From IMG/VR virus record IMGVR_UViG_3300031965_000009, positions 1 through 64,000 of that record: a DNA stretch of 64,000 nucleotides; one strand, written 5' to 3'. The notes beneath the pieces are model-generated. The model did not search any database. It worked only from the letters and a program-made list of their open reading frames with translations, and was not told the origin of the DNA. Within the stretch, counting starts at the first letter, position 1. Every line of letters begins with the position of its first letter. Both the position numbers and the translations under genes were made by a program. Of this stretch, positions 1 through 9,324 are shown one piece after another. Source of the DNA: a virus (lineage: Duplodnaviria > Caudoviricetes).

Positions 1-2
1 GC

Positions 3-1190
3 CTGACTGCTACCGTTAAACCACCCTTGCTTTCAACAGCCTACTCCTTGTCCGCTCAATCCCTGCTTACCGGCGTGCTGTACGAGAACCTGTTTGATTA
101 CCAGACGGGCAGGTACAGCCAGACAAGCGGGGCTACAATCGGCTATGATTCCATGACCATGGAGGTGATCTTTTCCGATGCCGAGACAAGGGACTGGATG
201 GCCTTCGGCCTGGGCAGGCACATAGAAGTGTATGCCCCAAGCGGGCTGGTTTGGGAAGGGTTTGTCAACAGCATGAGCATAAGCATGGACTCGGTTGACT
301 TCTCCGTCGGCCCATTGATGGATATATCTAATAACATTAAAGTCACCTATGTTACCAGAAGCTATAACACCAACCCACCTATTGGCGGGGAGAACGAAGA
401 GACTAACTACGCAGCCCTTGCTGAATCGCAGCTACGCTGGGGGACATTCTCTGAAATAATTAGCGGTGGTGATGGGCAGACGGCCATAACCATGAACGCT
501 CTGAGAAATTCGAGGCTAAACGACTCGGCCTGGCCCAAGATTGACCAGAACCTGTCCTCGTCAGGCTCGGGAACAGGCAGCATTACGCTTGAATGCCTGG
601 GCTATTACCATTACCTTGACCGGTTCTATTTTGATGCTAATACGGCAGACACTGGCGAGGTAAACATTTCGGCAAAGCTTACCGACATATTAAACGATGA
701 CCCAGACGGCATGTTCTCGGCCAGCAATGCCAGCATAGAAGCAAATACCTTGCAGGTGCCAAGCTATGATGACGGTAGCAGGTCTGGCCTGGCCGTCATC
801 CAGGAACTGATTGGCTTGGGCTTTTCCAGTGGGCAAAGGGCCATGTTCATGGTCGAGGGCCAGAGAAAGGTTATATATAAGTCCCTTGAATTGGATAAGG
901 CGGCTAAGTATACATACAGCATCTATGACCAGTACCCATCCATTGCCACCGTTGACGGCACTGCCATAGAGCCATGGGATGTTAAGCCTGGGGAGTGGGT
1001 GCTGATAGAATCACTGTTGACAAGCAAGCCGTTTTCTGCTACACTCCCAAGACAGTCAGACCCTAAGTATATATTCATAGAGTCTGTCACATACGAATCC
1101 CCAAACAGCCTGAGCATCAAGGGTGGCATGGGGAATACATTGAAAGAGCGTGTGAGTCTCATGGGTTTGGGCTTCGCGTCAAGAGGGTAA
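3..1190 (+). CDS. Phage tail/baseplate-type structural protein (5' partial)
   Basis: Frame is open to the window edge (ORF-track start is a TTG at 27). S/G/D-rich, beta-strand-like sequence directly upstream of the lysin. Function inferred from position. Confidence 0.45.
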   Translation: MTATVKPPLLSTAYSLSAQSLLTGVLYENLFDYQTGRYSQTSGATIGYDSMTMEVIFSDAETRDWMAFGLGRHIEVYAPSGLVWEGFVNSMSISMDSVDFSVGPLMDISNNIKVTYVTRSYNTNPPIGGENEETNYAALAESQLRWGTFSEIISGGDGQTAITMNALRNSRLNDSAWPKIDQNLSSSGSGTGSITLECLGYYHYLDRFYFDANTADTGEVNISAKLTDILNDDPDGMFSASNASIEANTLQVPSYDDGSRSGLAVIQELIGLGFSSGQRAMFMVEGQRKVIYKSLELDKAAKYTYSIYDQYPSIATVDGTAIEPWDVKPGEWVLIESLLTSKPFSATLPRQSDPKYIFIESVTYESPNSLSIKGGMGNTLKERVSLMGLGFASRG

Positions 1191-1193
1191 GGC

Positions 1194-1460
1194 ATGCAAA
1201 AGAGAAATGAAAGGCTGGTGACTAATTTATCAGATGCGTTCATGCGCCGTGGCGATTCCATTATCCCAGACATTAGTCAGTCAAGCATAGCCGGGGCAGT
1301 TCCAACAGACGCCGAGCTTGACAGCGCCTTCGGAGCGCCATCACAGCTTCCAGACCCAATATTTGCCCTGCTTGACGCTGGCGGGGCTGGCACGGACGTG
1401 TTCCTTATAGTTGGAACAAATAGCGCATGGTTCCACCTTCGCATGGACAAGGCAACCTAA
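1194..1460 (+). CDS. Hypothetical protein (possibly virion-associated)
   Basis: 88-aa ORF tightly coupled between the tail-type gene and the lysin. Confidence 0.5.
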   Translation: MQKRNERLVTNLSDAFMRRGDSIIPDISQSSIAGAVPTDAELDSAFGAPSQLPDPIFALLDAGGAGTDVFLIVGTNSAWFHLRMDKAT

Positions 1461-1461
1461 C

Positions 1462-3705
1462 ATGGCATATTGCAAGATTGGTTTCTTAGCAAGTGGGTCT
1501 GGTGGAAATGCTGATGGCATTGGCGCTTACGTTCAGGCGCTTGCCGATGCCGATATCTCCCCGGTTGTTTTCTGTAACGATGGTGATGTTGGCATTTCTG
1601 ACGCGATTGCAACCGGCAAGCCTTTTGTAGCAATAGGTCGGATTGTGCGTGACGGTTCAGAACAATATGCCGTCCCTGATTACGACCTCTCTCCTAAAGA
1701 CGCCGCAGAAAAACATTGGGCTAAGATACGACCCTTTTTTCACCCAACTTGGCTGGCGCATAAAGACAAGGTATGGATACAAGTAGTCAATGAAGTAAAC
1801 AAGGAAAAAGCTGGGTGGTTGGGCATGTTCGGCGTGGAAATTGCCATGCTTGCAAATGCTCTTGGCTATAAAGTAGCCATGTTTGCCTGGGCCAGTGGCA
1901 CGCCAGAACCAGAAGCATGGCAGGAGCCAGGCATGCTTGCCTACCTGCGCTACTGCGAGCAGAATCATGACATGGCCGCCGTGGCCGTGCATGAATATGA
2001 TTATGGCATGGAGGGAATGAACAATGTTTACCCATATCATGTAGGCCGGTTCGAGGCATTGTTTGCGGCCTGTGATACTAATGGTATTAAAAGACCACAA
2101 GTATTTATCACAGAGTTTGGTTGGGCTTACACCTCTATCCCATCTCTGGCACAGTGCATGTCTGACATAGACTTTGCCGCAAGATTGTATGCTCAATACG
2201 ATGAAATAAAGGGGGCGGGGATATGGTACTTGGGGCCAGGCTTCTCAGACATAGCAAACAAAGTCAACACGCTTATTGAACCAGTCAAGAACTACACGCT
2301 TGAGACTGTCTTACCAGACCCACAACAAGGAAATGACAACATGCTAATGAACCCATCATTTGAAGAGGGCTTTTATCTCCCAGGCGGGGTGAAAGAATTG
2401 CAAATCCCCAATGACTGGGGGTTCTGGTACGCGGATGAGTCCATACCCAACCCATATGATTCCGAGCCATGGTCTGTGTTTGTCCGGCCAGAGGTAAGAA
2501 CATTGCACAGGGGCTTGTTACCCCCCGACGAGCAGCCCTTGTTTGTCCTTGATGGTGACTATACCTTGAAGATATTCAAGGGGTCAGGCTCTATTTATCA
2601 TGGGCTGGCCCAGGTCATGCCTCGTGGCAAGTGGGAAATGCATGTCAAAGTCTTTCCTGACTTGATTACAGGTTACGACGCAGATGGCGGCAAGATATTT
2701 GCCACACACCCAGACTCATGTATTGTGTGGGTAGAGGTTGACGGCGTGCGTGTTGGGCAAGAGCAAAGACCTGCGGCCGGCGCATGGCAAGAGCTTGTAT
2801 TCGAGCTTGATTTACCCGGTGACTCTGCCGTAGCTATCCTGTTCATGCAGCCCTTCGCCCTGAACAACAACGGCCTGTTTCTTGATGACTGGGAATTGCG
2901 TGAAGTAGTTGACACATGCAATGCACGCGAGCCATATAATCGCGAGGTATGGGTAGCTAACCCAGGCATGAGCCAGGCTGATTACACGGCCCTTGCTGCG
3001 TTGGCATACAGCATGCAGAAGCAGACCATAACCTTCTCGTATGACGATGCCGGCATTGGTTGTGGGTTGGGCATAAAGAAAGCCGTGCTGTTCAACATAG
3101 CAGAAGCCAGACATCAGGAGTTCGTTGACTGGTATGACACATACTACCCCGGCACTGTAGTAGAATTCATGTCTTTCCCACCATCTAATCCTTATTCTCC
3201 CCCGGTTGGTCAGGGTGAAGCTGGTGTATGGCCTGGAGAGTGGGTTGATGCCAACCCATACCTGAACAGGTACTTGCTTGCAGGATCATGGGCCATTCAT
3301 ACAGGCGCAGACCTTAACCTGAACTCGCCGGTATGGAACGCTGACAACAATGCCCCCGTCCATGCCATTGCAGACGGTATTGTAATCTATTCACAGTTAG
3401 TAATTAACAGCAATGGGCAGGTTAGTTCATGGGGCAGGCTCGTTGTCATAGAGCATGATGACGGCGTGTGTTCCCGGTACGGGCACATGCGCACGCTTAA
3501 TGTTTCTGCCGGTCAGAACGTTGTCATGGGGCAGGTGATAGGCACGATTGGGGGAACAGAGTATGGCCTACCAGACCACCTGCATTTTGACATCAGCCTG
3601 TCTGGCATATTGCTTTCTTCTCCCACATATTGGCCTGGAGACAACTTACCTGCCGTGCAAGAGCATTTCGTTGACCCGCATGCATTTATTGTATCAGGTC
3701 GATAA
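1462..3705 (+). CDS. Multidomain lysin: TIM-barrel glycoside hydrolase + CBM-like domain + cell-wall module + M23 peptidase
   Basis: GH-like motifs VVNE, VHEY and FITEFGW. C-terminal M23 motifs HTGAD and YGH...HLHF. ATG at 1462 follows the upstream stop. Confidence 0.75.
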   Translation: MAYCKIGFLASGSGGNADGIGAYVQALADADISPVVFCNDGDVGISDAIATGKPFVAIGRIVRDGSEQYAVPDYDLSPKDAAEKHWAKIRPFFHPTWLAHKDKVWIQVVNEVNKEKAGWLGMFGVEIAMLANALGYKVAMFAWASGTPEPEAWQEPGMLAYLRYCEQNHDMAAVAVHEYDYGMEGMNNVYPYHVGRFEALFAACDTNGIKRPQVFITEFGWAYTSIPSLAQCMSDIDFAARLYAQYDEIKGAGIWYLGPGFSDIANKVNTLIEPVKNYTLETVLPDPQQGNDNMLMNPSFEEGFYLPGGVKELQIPNDWGFWYADESIPNPYDSEPWSVFVRPEVRTLHRGLLPPDEQPLFVLDGDYTLKIFKGSGSIYHGLAQVMPRGKWEMHVKVFPDLITGYDADGGKIFATHPDSCIVWVEVDGVRVGQEQRPAAGAWQELVFELDLPGDSAVAILFMQPFALNNNGLFLDDWELREVVDTCNAREPYNREVWVANPGMSQADYTALAALAYSMQKQTITFSYDDAGIGCGLGIKKAVLFNIAEARHQEFVDWYDTYYPGTVVEFMSFPPSNPYSPPVGQGEAGVWPGEWVDANPYLNRYLLAGSWAIHTGADLNLNSPVWNADNNAPVHAIADGIVIYSQLVINSNGQVSSWGRLVVIEHDDGVCSRYGHMRTLNVSAGQNVVMGQVIGTIGGTEYGLPDHLHFDISLSGILLSSPTYWPGDNLPAVQEHFVDPHAFIVSGR

Positions 3706-4236
3706 GTGTGACCATGCCCTGCCAAGTACAATGCTATTAACGTATCTGTAATCTATACCAGTAACCTCCGCTATGTACCTTTGAGTATATTTCTTCTCTG
3801 AGTACATATCCAATACACGCCGCACTAGCTTCTCGCTATACTTGTTTGCCGGATTATCCTCGCCGGTCTGAGATTGTCCTAAGACCGTGTATCTGTGTTG
3901 TTGGTTCTCTGTCGGGGTCGCCCATTCCAAGTTGTCAATATGATTGTTGTGCTTATCTCCATCGATATGGTTGACCTGATGAGTGTATGTCGGGGGTGGG
4001 CCAAGGAATGTCATTATAACGGCTCTGTGAACATAGGCAACTTTGACTTTCCCAAACTCATCTGATAAGTTATAGGAAAGATACTTCCCCTGCCACCCGG
4101 CTTTAGATTGTTTTAGTATTTTATCTGGAAGTGGCCTTCCGTTTCTCCTTGGTGCTATTCTCTTGCACCGTCCATAGTTGCTAATAATATACAATCCCTC
4201 GTATCCCGGTATTTCTTTCCACGTTTCATTTTTCAT
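3694..4236 (-). CDS. NUMOD4-HNH homing endonuclease
   Basis: NUMOD4 motif WKEIPGYEGLYIISNYG; HNH core VHRAV...VNHIDGDKHNNHIDNLEW. Confidence 0.9.
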   Translation of the reverse strand: MKNETWKEIPGYEGLYIISNYGRCKRIAPRRNGRPLPDKILKQSKAGWQGKYLSYNLSDEFGKVKVAYVHRAVIMTFLGPPPTYTHQVNHIDGDKHNNHIDNLEWATPTENQQHRYTVLGQSQTGEDNPANKYSEKLVRRVLDMYSEKKYTQRYIAEVTGIDYRYVNSIVLGRAWSHLST

Positions 4237-4242
4237 TCTGTT

Positions 4243-4270
4243 ATTATATCACCAATGTAGATAATGTCAA
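4243..4270 (-). promoter_or_regulatory. Sigma70-type promoter, leaderless
   Basis: Minus strand reads TTGACA-16 nt-TATAAT (TG-extended), then 6 nt to the ATG at 4236. Confidence 0.7.
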
Positions 4271-4344
4271 CTCCATACATGAGTAACATTCCATGGCCTT
4301 GGCGGTTACGTAGTCCCAGATGTCATTGACCCGCAACCATATAT

Positions 4345-4740
4345 TTACTCGAACAATCCATAGCCAATATGTGGGATATGCTTTCCGTCCCTATAGCCAT
4401 AGAAAACAATGGATGGCGCTGGCGGCTCGAATTCTAGCTCCAACTCCTTGTCTGCTTTCTCGAGCATAAAGGCCCAAATGCGAGCCATTTCAGTTGGGGA
4501 CAAGTCGTCTCTAAATTCAAACCCATGCTCCACGAGTTTCTCCACGTAGTCTTGCGGTATCGACCTGTCTCCATAATCTGCTGCGAAGTCAGATACATCA
4601 AAACCAAAGACATCCCTTATTTTGTAATGAGCCTCTCGCACCTGTTCTACGGGCTTATTTGATTTATAAACGCATTCGACACAACGTCCATGACCGTCAT
4701 CAGACCAGTCACCGATTGGTAAAGTAATTTTGTATTTCAT
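4345..4740 (-). CDS. Hypothetical phage protein
   Basis: ATG at 4740 with an AAGGAG RBS. Confidence 0.6.
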   Translation of the reverse strand: MKYKITLPIGDWSDDGHGRCVECVYKSNKPVEQVREAHYKIRDVFGFDVSDFAADYGDRSIPQDYVEKLVEHGFEFRDDLSPTEMARIWAFMLEKADKELELEFEPPAPSIVFYGYRDGKHIPHIGYGLFE

Positions 4741-4769
4741 TTCATTCTCCTTTATAACTAATTTAATCA

Positions 4770-5141
4770 CTAATCCATCTGGCATGCCATGTCCAGGTAT
4801 ACGCGCTTCGGTCCCCACCACCCGGAAGAATACCCAGAGGGACTGACATGCCGCATGGGATCAAGGTTAAGCTGCCTGACGCTTCTTTCGTTTGCATAAC
4901 TGAATGGCACAACTACCTTGATATAGCCTAGCATGTCATCGGGATTAAGGCCATAGACCATGTACTGCGGGCCTGCCTGCAACATGCTGAAAAACCAAAC
5001 ACTGACATCTCTGTACCCATTCTCTACCAGATGCGCACGCAAGGATATCTTTACTAGCTCTATCTCGTAATTCAATCTATTCCTGTCGGCCATGTACGTG
5101 GCCTTTGTTACTTGCGCTTGATCATATAAATCTTTTAACAT
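4770..5141 (-). CDS. Hypothetical protein, C-terminal CxM (CQM)
   Basis: Ends ...MACQMD; coupled to the upstream gene. Confidence 0.55.
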   Translation of the reverse strand: MLKDLYDQAQVTKATYMADRNRLNYEIELVKISLRAHLVENGYRDVSVWFFSMLQAGPQYMVYGLNPDDMLGYIKVVVPFSYANERSVRQLNLDPMRHVSPSGYSSGWWGPKRVYLDMACQMD

Positions 5142-5326
5142 GTTCTCTTCTCCATCATTACTGGTACTGGCTTAAGATACCACCCGTTCGGCATGGTATA
5201 TGTCGTCTCGCCACTGTCGAACCGAATTTCTATCCAACCATCCCTATCCCTATGACCAGTTACAGTGCATGGCACTGGTGTGTGCCATGTATACATGTAC
5301 TTCTTACCAATCTCTATTTCTTTCAT
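5135..5326 (-). CDS. Small SH3/KOW-like protein (VMM variant)
   Basis: Starts MKEIEIGKKY and ends PVMMEKRTC; ATGA overlap with the upstream gene. Confidence 0.55.
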   Translation of the reverse strand: MKEIEIGKKYMYTWHTPVPCTVTGHRDRDGWIEIRFDSGETTYTMPNGWYLKPVPVMMEKRTC

Positions 5327-5529
5327 GCTTTTCTTGCCTCCATCCTGCATGTTGCAGCACTATCTAGCGAAGAGTCGAAGAAGCTATACTCGCTGTCATC
5401 GTCTAAGACAACATCGTATACTGCTCGATTTTCAAGGCTCCAAACTCTAACAATCTTTCCAGTTCGGCTGCACCACCACAACTTTTTTATTACCCTCACC
5501 CTATCTCCTTTCTTAAATCTTTGTTCCAT
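5323..5529 (-). CDS. Small KOW/SH3-like protein, CxM family (CRM)
   Basis: FKKGDRVRV KOW-like start; ends TCRMEARKA. Confidence 0.7.
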   Translation of the reverse strand: MEQRFKKGDRVRVIKKLWWCSRTGKIVRVWSLENRAVYDVVLDDDSEYSFFDSSLDSAATCRMEARKA

Positions 5530-5537
5530 GATATAAT
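5529..5537 (+). promoter_or_regulatory. Extended -10 promoter, leaderless
   Basis: TGaTATAAT followed by 6 nt and the ATG at 5544. Confidence 0.6.
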
Positions 5538-5543
5538 TCTCCT

Positions 5544-6644
5544 ATGTATAAAGTAACAGTCAACCTATTACCACAAGATGCCACCCTTGCAGAGAAACAG
5601 CAAGTCTTGTCTGCCGTTCATGCCGATAAAGAAACCATCCTGCAATCTGCCGACGATGCCGTCTTGCTTGTCAATAGCGGCAGTGCAGGCAGCAGAGTTA
5701 AAGTCTGGTGGCAGGAACGCTGGCAAGATAATATTACCGCTTTCTTGCTTGACAATGGTGTGCAAATTGTAGACCACTATCCTGTCCCACCGCCTATCCC
5801 CCCACCCAATCAACCCATGTTTGGCTTGCATGCCCGCTCCGACCCAGGCGATATTAGCCAGCAAGAAGTTAATGAATTTAGCATAGCCAGGATCGAGGTA
5901 GCTAAAGTCTTGTCAGCCCATAGCGGGTCAAGCGTATCTTCCCTTGCCTCCTTGCCAAGCGTCAAGACCCTGATTATCCGGGCCTTTCTTGACTTCGGCG
6001 GCAGGAATGTCACACCAGATGACTTCTTTAACTGGTGCAAAGATGATGTCATTCGTACCCTTGATAACGCCCAAGGAAAGGACGTTATCCTCGAACTTCA
6101 CAACGAGCCTAATTTGGCCCCAGAAGGCTGGGGAACGTCATGGATGGATGGATACACCTTTGGGGCATGGTTAGACGCTTTAAGAGGCCGTTTTGAAGCT
6201 CTCAGGCCAAGTCTCAGGCTCATGTACCCCGGCTTATCACCAGGTGGCTATATTCCTGGCTTGAGACAGGATCATGTGCAGTTTATCGAGCAGTCCAGGC
6301 AGGCTGTCATGGGCATGGATGCCCTGGGGGTGCATGTATACTGGTCAGACGTTTTTCCGATGTCTGCCGCCCTGTCTGTGCTTGATGATTACATCGCCCG
6401 CTTTCCAGGCAAGGAAATATGGGTGACTGAGGCCAGTCACAATCAGGCAGGCAAGACGCCGCAGGAGAAGGCCCAGCAGTACATACAGTTTTACAATGCT
6501 CTCAAGAACAAGCCAGGCGTCCGGGGCGTGACATACTACGTAGCCAGCGCCAGCAATCCTGCCTTTGGCTGGCAGGGCGGGTCATGCGAGACATGGTTGG
6601 CCGGGGAGAGCATGGGCATTGGTAAGGCTGTAGCTATACGCTAG
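5544..6644 (+). CDS. Cell-wall module + TIM-barrel glycoside hydrolase
   Basis: N-terminal LLPQDAT...SADDA module; GH-like motifs ELHNEPN, GVHVYW and IWVTEA. Confidence 0.7.
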   Translation: MYKVTVNLLPQDATLAEKQQVLSAVHADKETILQSADDAVLLVNSGSAGSRVKVWWQERWQDNITAFLLDNGVQIVDHYPVPPPIPPPNQPMFGLHARSDPGDISQQEVNEFSIARIEVAKVLSAHSGSSVSSLASLPSVKTLIIRAFLDFGGRNVTPDDFFNWCKDDVIRTLDNAQGKDVILELHNEPNLAPEGWGTSWMDGYTFGAWLDALRGRFEALRPSLRLMYPGLSPGGYIPGLRQDHVQFIEQSRQAVMGMDALGVHVYWSDVFPMSAALSVLDDYIARFPGKEIWVTEASHNQAGKTPQEKAQQYIQFYNALKNKPGVRGVTYYVASASNPAFGWQGGSCETWLAGESMGIGKAVAIR

Positions 6645-7059
6645 AATCGAATTGGCAGCGAGGTATGGTAAGGTTGATGTCAATTATGTCTGCCCCTGCT
6701 TCATAAATCGCCACCAAGTTCTCAATCTTCTCCCAACGTGACGGCCCGGCAAGCAGCGTGTCCAGGTCAAACCTGAGAATGAAGTTACCTTCTTCTTCCT
6801 CGCCATATGCATCTAAGTAACCAAAATATACCTCGAACGTGGCTTCATCGCAGTCTAGCAATGTCTCCGCCACCTCGCCGTTCTCTGTTTCGTTTCCGTA
6901 AACTGAACTCCATGGCACCCCGCAGCTAGTAAGATACCGCTTCACATCATCAGCTATTTCCAGTGGGTCAAAGTCGTATAGCAGGTTTTCGTACTTTTCC
7001 TTGACCCTGCTTAGTTCTTGATATGCTTCTATGATTTCTTTCAATGATTGTATGCTCAT
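6634..7059 (-). CDS. Hypothetical acidic protein
   Basis: ATGA overlap with the upstream gene. Confidence 0.55.
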   Translation of the reverse strand: MSIQSLKEIIEAYQELSRVKEKYENLLYDFDPLEIADDVKRYLTSCGVPWSSVYGNETENGEVAETLLDCDEATFEVYFGYLDAYGEEEEGNFILRFDLDTLLAGPSRWEKIENLVAIYEAGADIIDINLTIPRCQFDSSV

Positions 7060-7274
7060 GACATTAAACACTCCTTTCCATTATGTCTTGATACCTCTGT
7101 TTTGTAAACATATACATACTTCCCTGTCACATCTGCTATTCTCACAACTCTCCCAACATTCTCGGCCACGTACATCGGTGAAGAGATGTCAATGCCCCTG
7201 ACTCGCACATCATCTAGCGACTGTTCATCTGGCTTGGTCAGGTAAACCCTATCACCTACCCTGTAATCTATCAC
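7056..7274 (-). CDS. Small KOW/SH3-like protein, CxM family (CLM)
   Basis: GTG start overlaps the upstream stop; YRVGDRV; ends KECLMS. Confidence 0.65.
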   Translation of the reverse strand: MIDYRVGDRVYLTKPDEQSLDDVRVRGIDISSPMYVAENVGRVVRIADVTGKYVYVYKTEVSRHNGKECLMS

Positions 7275-7513
7275 GCCCTTTCTCCTTTGCTCATCATGCA
7301 CTTGTCGCTGTATAGTTCTAGCTCAGAGGCATATAAGCAGTGCCCATCATAGTCTGGCTCAAGTGCGTACAATGACTTCTTCACTGGCACGGCTTTGATA
7401 ACATGCCTAACAGTGTACGTTTTATTCATGCTTCTCTCTCTTAACCGCATCAATCTCTGTGTAGTCTTATCTGGGTTGACTATCCTTACCTTATCACCTA
7501 CTTTATATTTCAT
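7271..7513 (-). CDS. Small KOW/SH3-like protein, CxM family (CMM)
   Basis: MKYKVGDKVRIV...DKCMMSKGERA. Confidence 0.7.
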   Translation of the reverse strand: MKYKVGDKVRIVNPDKTTQRLMRLRERSMNKTYTVRHVIKAVPVKKSLYALEPDYDGHCLYASELELYSDKCMMSKGERA

Positions 7514-7563
7514 GTCTTTCTTTTCCTCTTTGTTTTCCTGTCAACATGTGCTAACATACATGT

Positions 7564-7965
7564 ATGAACATATTAACATTGCTATTACTAGGAATATCTT
7601 CTCTGCTCCCAGTACCCGTCTCGCCTGAAAATGTACAGACAGGCTGGTTGAGCCAGTATGACCAATCCCCAACGGATGGTACTATTGAGTACCGGCAATC
7701 CGTCATGCAACTACCACGCGACCTGTCCTACCTTGACGGCCTGATTGCTGTGCCTGACTGCGACAGGATGAGCGAGACGGCCTGGTTAAGCATCAACGAC
7801 CAGCCCTGGCTGCATGTCGCTGTCTTTGATTGCAGCGGGCATGAAAGCACGACGGCATGGATGCAAGAGAACAACATCATTGGCGAGGCGTCGTATTACC
7901 TAGCACAGGAGCAAGGCTTCCTGGGTCAGGGAGGGGTCGAGGCTGTGCTTGTTTTTCCAGAATAG
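7564..7965 (+). CDS. Secreted protein, possibly DPBB/3D-like
   Basis: Hydrophobic signal peptide; IAVPDC...VAVFDCSG motif. Fold is a guess. Confidence 0.45.
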   Translation: MNILTLLLLGISSLLPVPVSPENVQTGWLSQYDQSPTDGTIEYRQSVMQLPRDLSYLDGLIAVPDCDRMSETAWLSINDQPWLHVAVFDCSGHESTTAWMQENNIIGEASYYLAQEQGFLGQGGVEAVLVFPE

Positions 7966-8249
7966 TCACGCATCCTGCACGCCACTTGTATTGGGACAGG
8001 TGGCGTGCAATCCCGCTTTTGCACATATACGTACCCCCCGCTATTCACCCTCAGCCCCAATATAGCATCTAAATCACCCCTGCCCCAGCCCTGGTCAATA
8101 ATTATAATGTATGAGTCATCACATACGCCGCATATCACCCCGCTCATACCAGTCCTGCACCGGGCTGTCATGCTTGCCGTAAGCGTTACTTTATGCGTTC
8201 GCTCGACAATTCTGTATCGTTCATATTTTTGTCCAGTTTCCTTAAACAT
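7926..8249 (-). CDS. CxM-family protein (CRM), paralog of 8952-9278
   Basis: MFKETG...YRIVERTHKV...G.SGVI.GV matches the paralog. Confidence 0.6.
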   Translation of the reverse strand: MFKETGQKYERYRIVERTHKVTLTASMTARCRTGMSGVICGVCDDSYIIIIDQGWGRGDLDAILGLRVNSGGYVYVQKRDCTPPVPIQVACRMRDYSGKTSTASTPP

Positions 8250-8251
8250 CT

Positions 8252-8479
8252 TCACTCCTTTGCCATTAAGCATTTAACCTGCACCTTTTCAAGCCTGTGC
8301 CCAAATACCCACCACTTATCTCCATTAAAGTCAACACGGTATACCAAGCCATCAGGGGAATAATACTCCCTTTTAACCTCAATGACAGTGCCGACAGCGT
8401 TCCTCAGCCTTTCCCTTCTTTGTTTGCTATAACCAGCTACATTCTTTATCCTTACTCTTTCACCTACTTCATGCCTCAT
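8252..8479 (-). CDS. Small KOW/SH3-like protein, CxM family (CLM)
   Basis: HEVGERVRI...VKCLMAKE. Confidence 0.7.
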   Translation of the reverse strand: MRHEVGERVRIKNVAGYSKQRRERLRNAVGTVIEVKREYYSPDGLVYRVDFNGDKWWVFGHRLEKVQVKCLMAKE

Positions 8480-8721
8480 GTTTCCTCCTTACTCATCATG
8501 CACTTGCTACCTACTAGCATGAACCTGTCAGGCTGCATCCACCACTGCCTGCCAAGCCATAGACTAGGGTCAAGAGCATGATCATACACGGCAATCCAGA
8601 TACGTGTACCAAAGTTGGTTCGCTCAACTCTGTCAACCGTAAGCACCAGATCGCGTGTATATGGCATGTTTATTAACCCCCTCTCTGTAACTTTGACCTT
8701 ATCACCTGCCTTAAATGTCAT
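8476..8721 (-). CDS. Small KOW/SH3-like protein, CxM family (CMM)
   Basis: FKAGDKVKV...SKCMMSKEET. Confidence 0.7.
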   Translation of the reverse strand: MTFKAGDKVKVTERGLINMPYTRDLVLTVDRVERTNFGTRIWIAVYDHALDPSLWLGRQWWMQPDRFMLVGSKCMMSKEET

Positions 8722-8971
8722 TCCTTTCCTCCATCATGCACCTGCTATTTACTAGCTCAAAGCATTCCGTCTCCATCCACCATGTCGTGCCAAGGTAGCC
8801 AGTTTGTCCATGGGCATACACGTCTATCCATACCTGATATTTTCCAATTATACTTGCATTTCTTGTTGTAATGCTGTGAACCGTAAACACTTTGTCGCCG
8901 TATTTCTCGCCAAATGAACACGCTAATCCCAGCCCAGCAAGCTTGACTTTATCACCTGCTTTGAATATCAT
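8711..8971 (-). CDS. Small KOW/SH3-like protein, CxM family (CMM), paralog of 8476-8721
   Basis: FKAGDKVKL...WIDVYAH...LGTTWWM...SRCMMEERNDI. Confidence 0.7.
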   Translation of the reverse strand: MIFKAGDKVKLAGLGLACSFGEKYGDKVFTVHSITTRNASIIGKYQVWIDVYAHGQTGYLGTTWWMETECFELVNSRCMMEERNDI

Positions 8972-9278
8972 GACGCTTGTCCTCCATGAAGCATGTCTTA
9001 GCTGCATCAATAAATATCACCTCGCTTGCATACGCTACAACGAATTCACCATCAAGTTCATGCAGGTGTATACCTAGTCCTTGCCTATCCATAACAATGA
9101 GAAAGTCTAAATCATCGTCGTTGCGGCGCTTAACCCCTGCTATGACACCTGTCTCACCATCTCTGTTCCAATCATATGTCCAATCCTCTTCAAACTCCTC
9201 GTTATACGGCAGCAGTACCCTATGTTCTCGCTCAACTAACTTGTACCCAAGCGCCTTTCCACCTATTTCCTTAAACAT
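8952..9278 (-). CDS. CxM-family protein (CFM)
   Basis: MFKEIG...KTCFMEDK. Confidence 0.65.
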   Translation of the reverse strand: MFKEIGGKALGYKLVEREHRVLLPYNEEFEEDWTYDWNRDGETGVIAGVKRRNDDDLDFLIVMDRQGLGIHLHELDGEFVVAYASEVIFIDAAKTCFMEDKRHDIQSR

Positions 9279-9289
9279 GTTATTACTCC

Positions 9290-9318
9290 TTGACATTATG
9301 TAGACATTGGGTTACAAT
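9290..9318 (+). promoter_or_regulatory. Sigma70-type promoter, leaderless
   Basis: TTGACA-17 nt-TACAAT, then 6 nt to the ATG at 9325. Confidence 0.75.
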
Positions 9319-9324
9319 GTTCTA

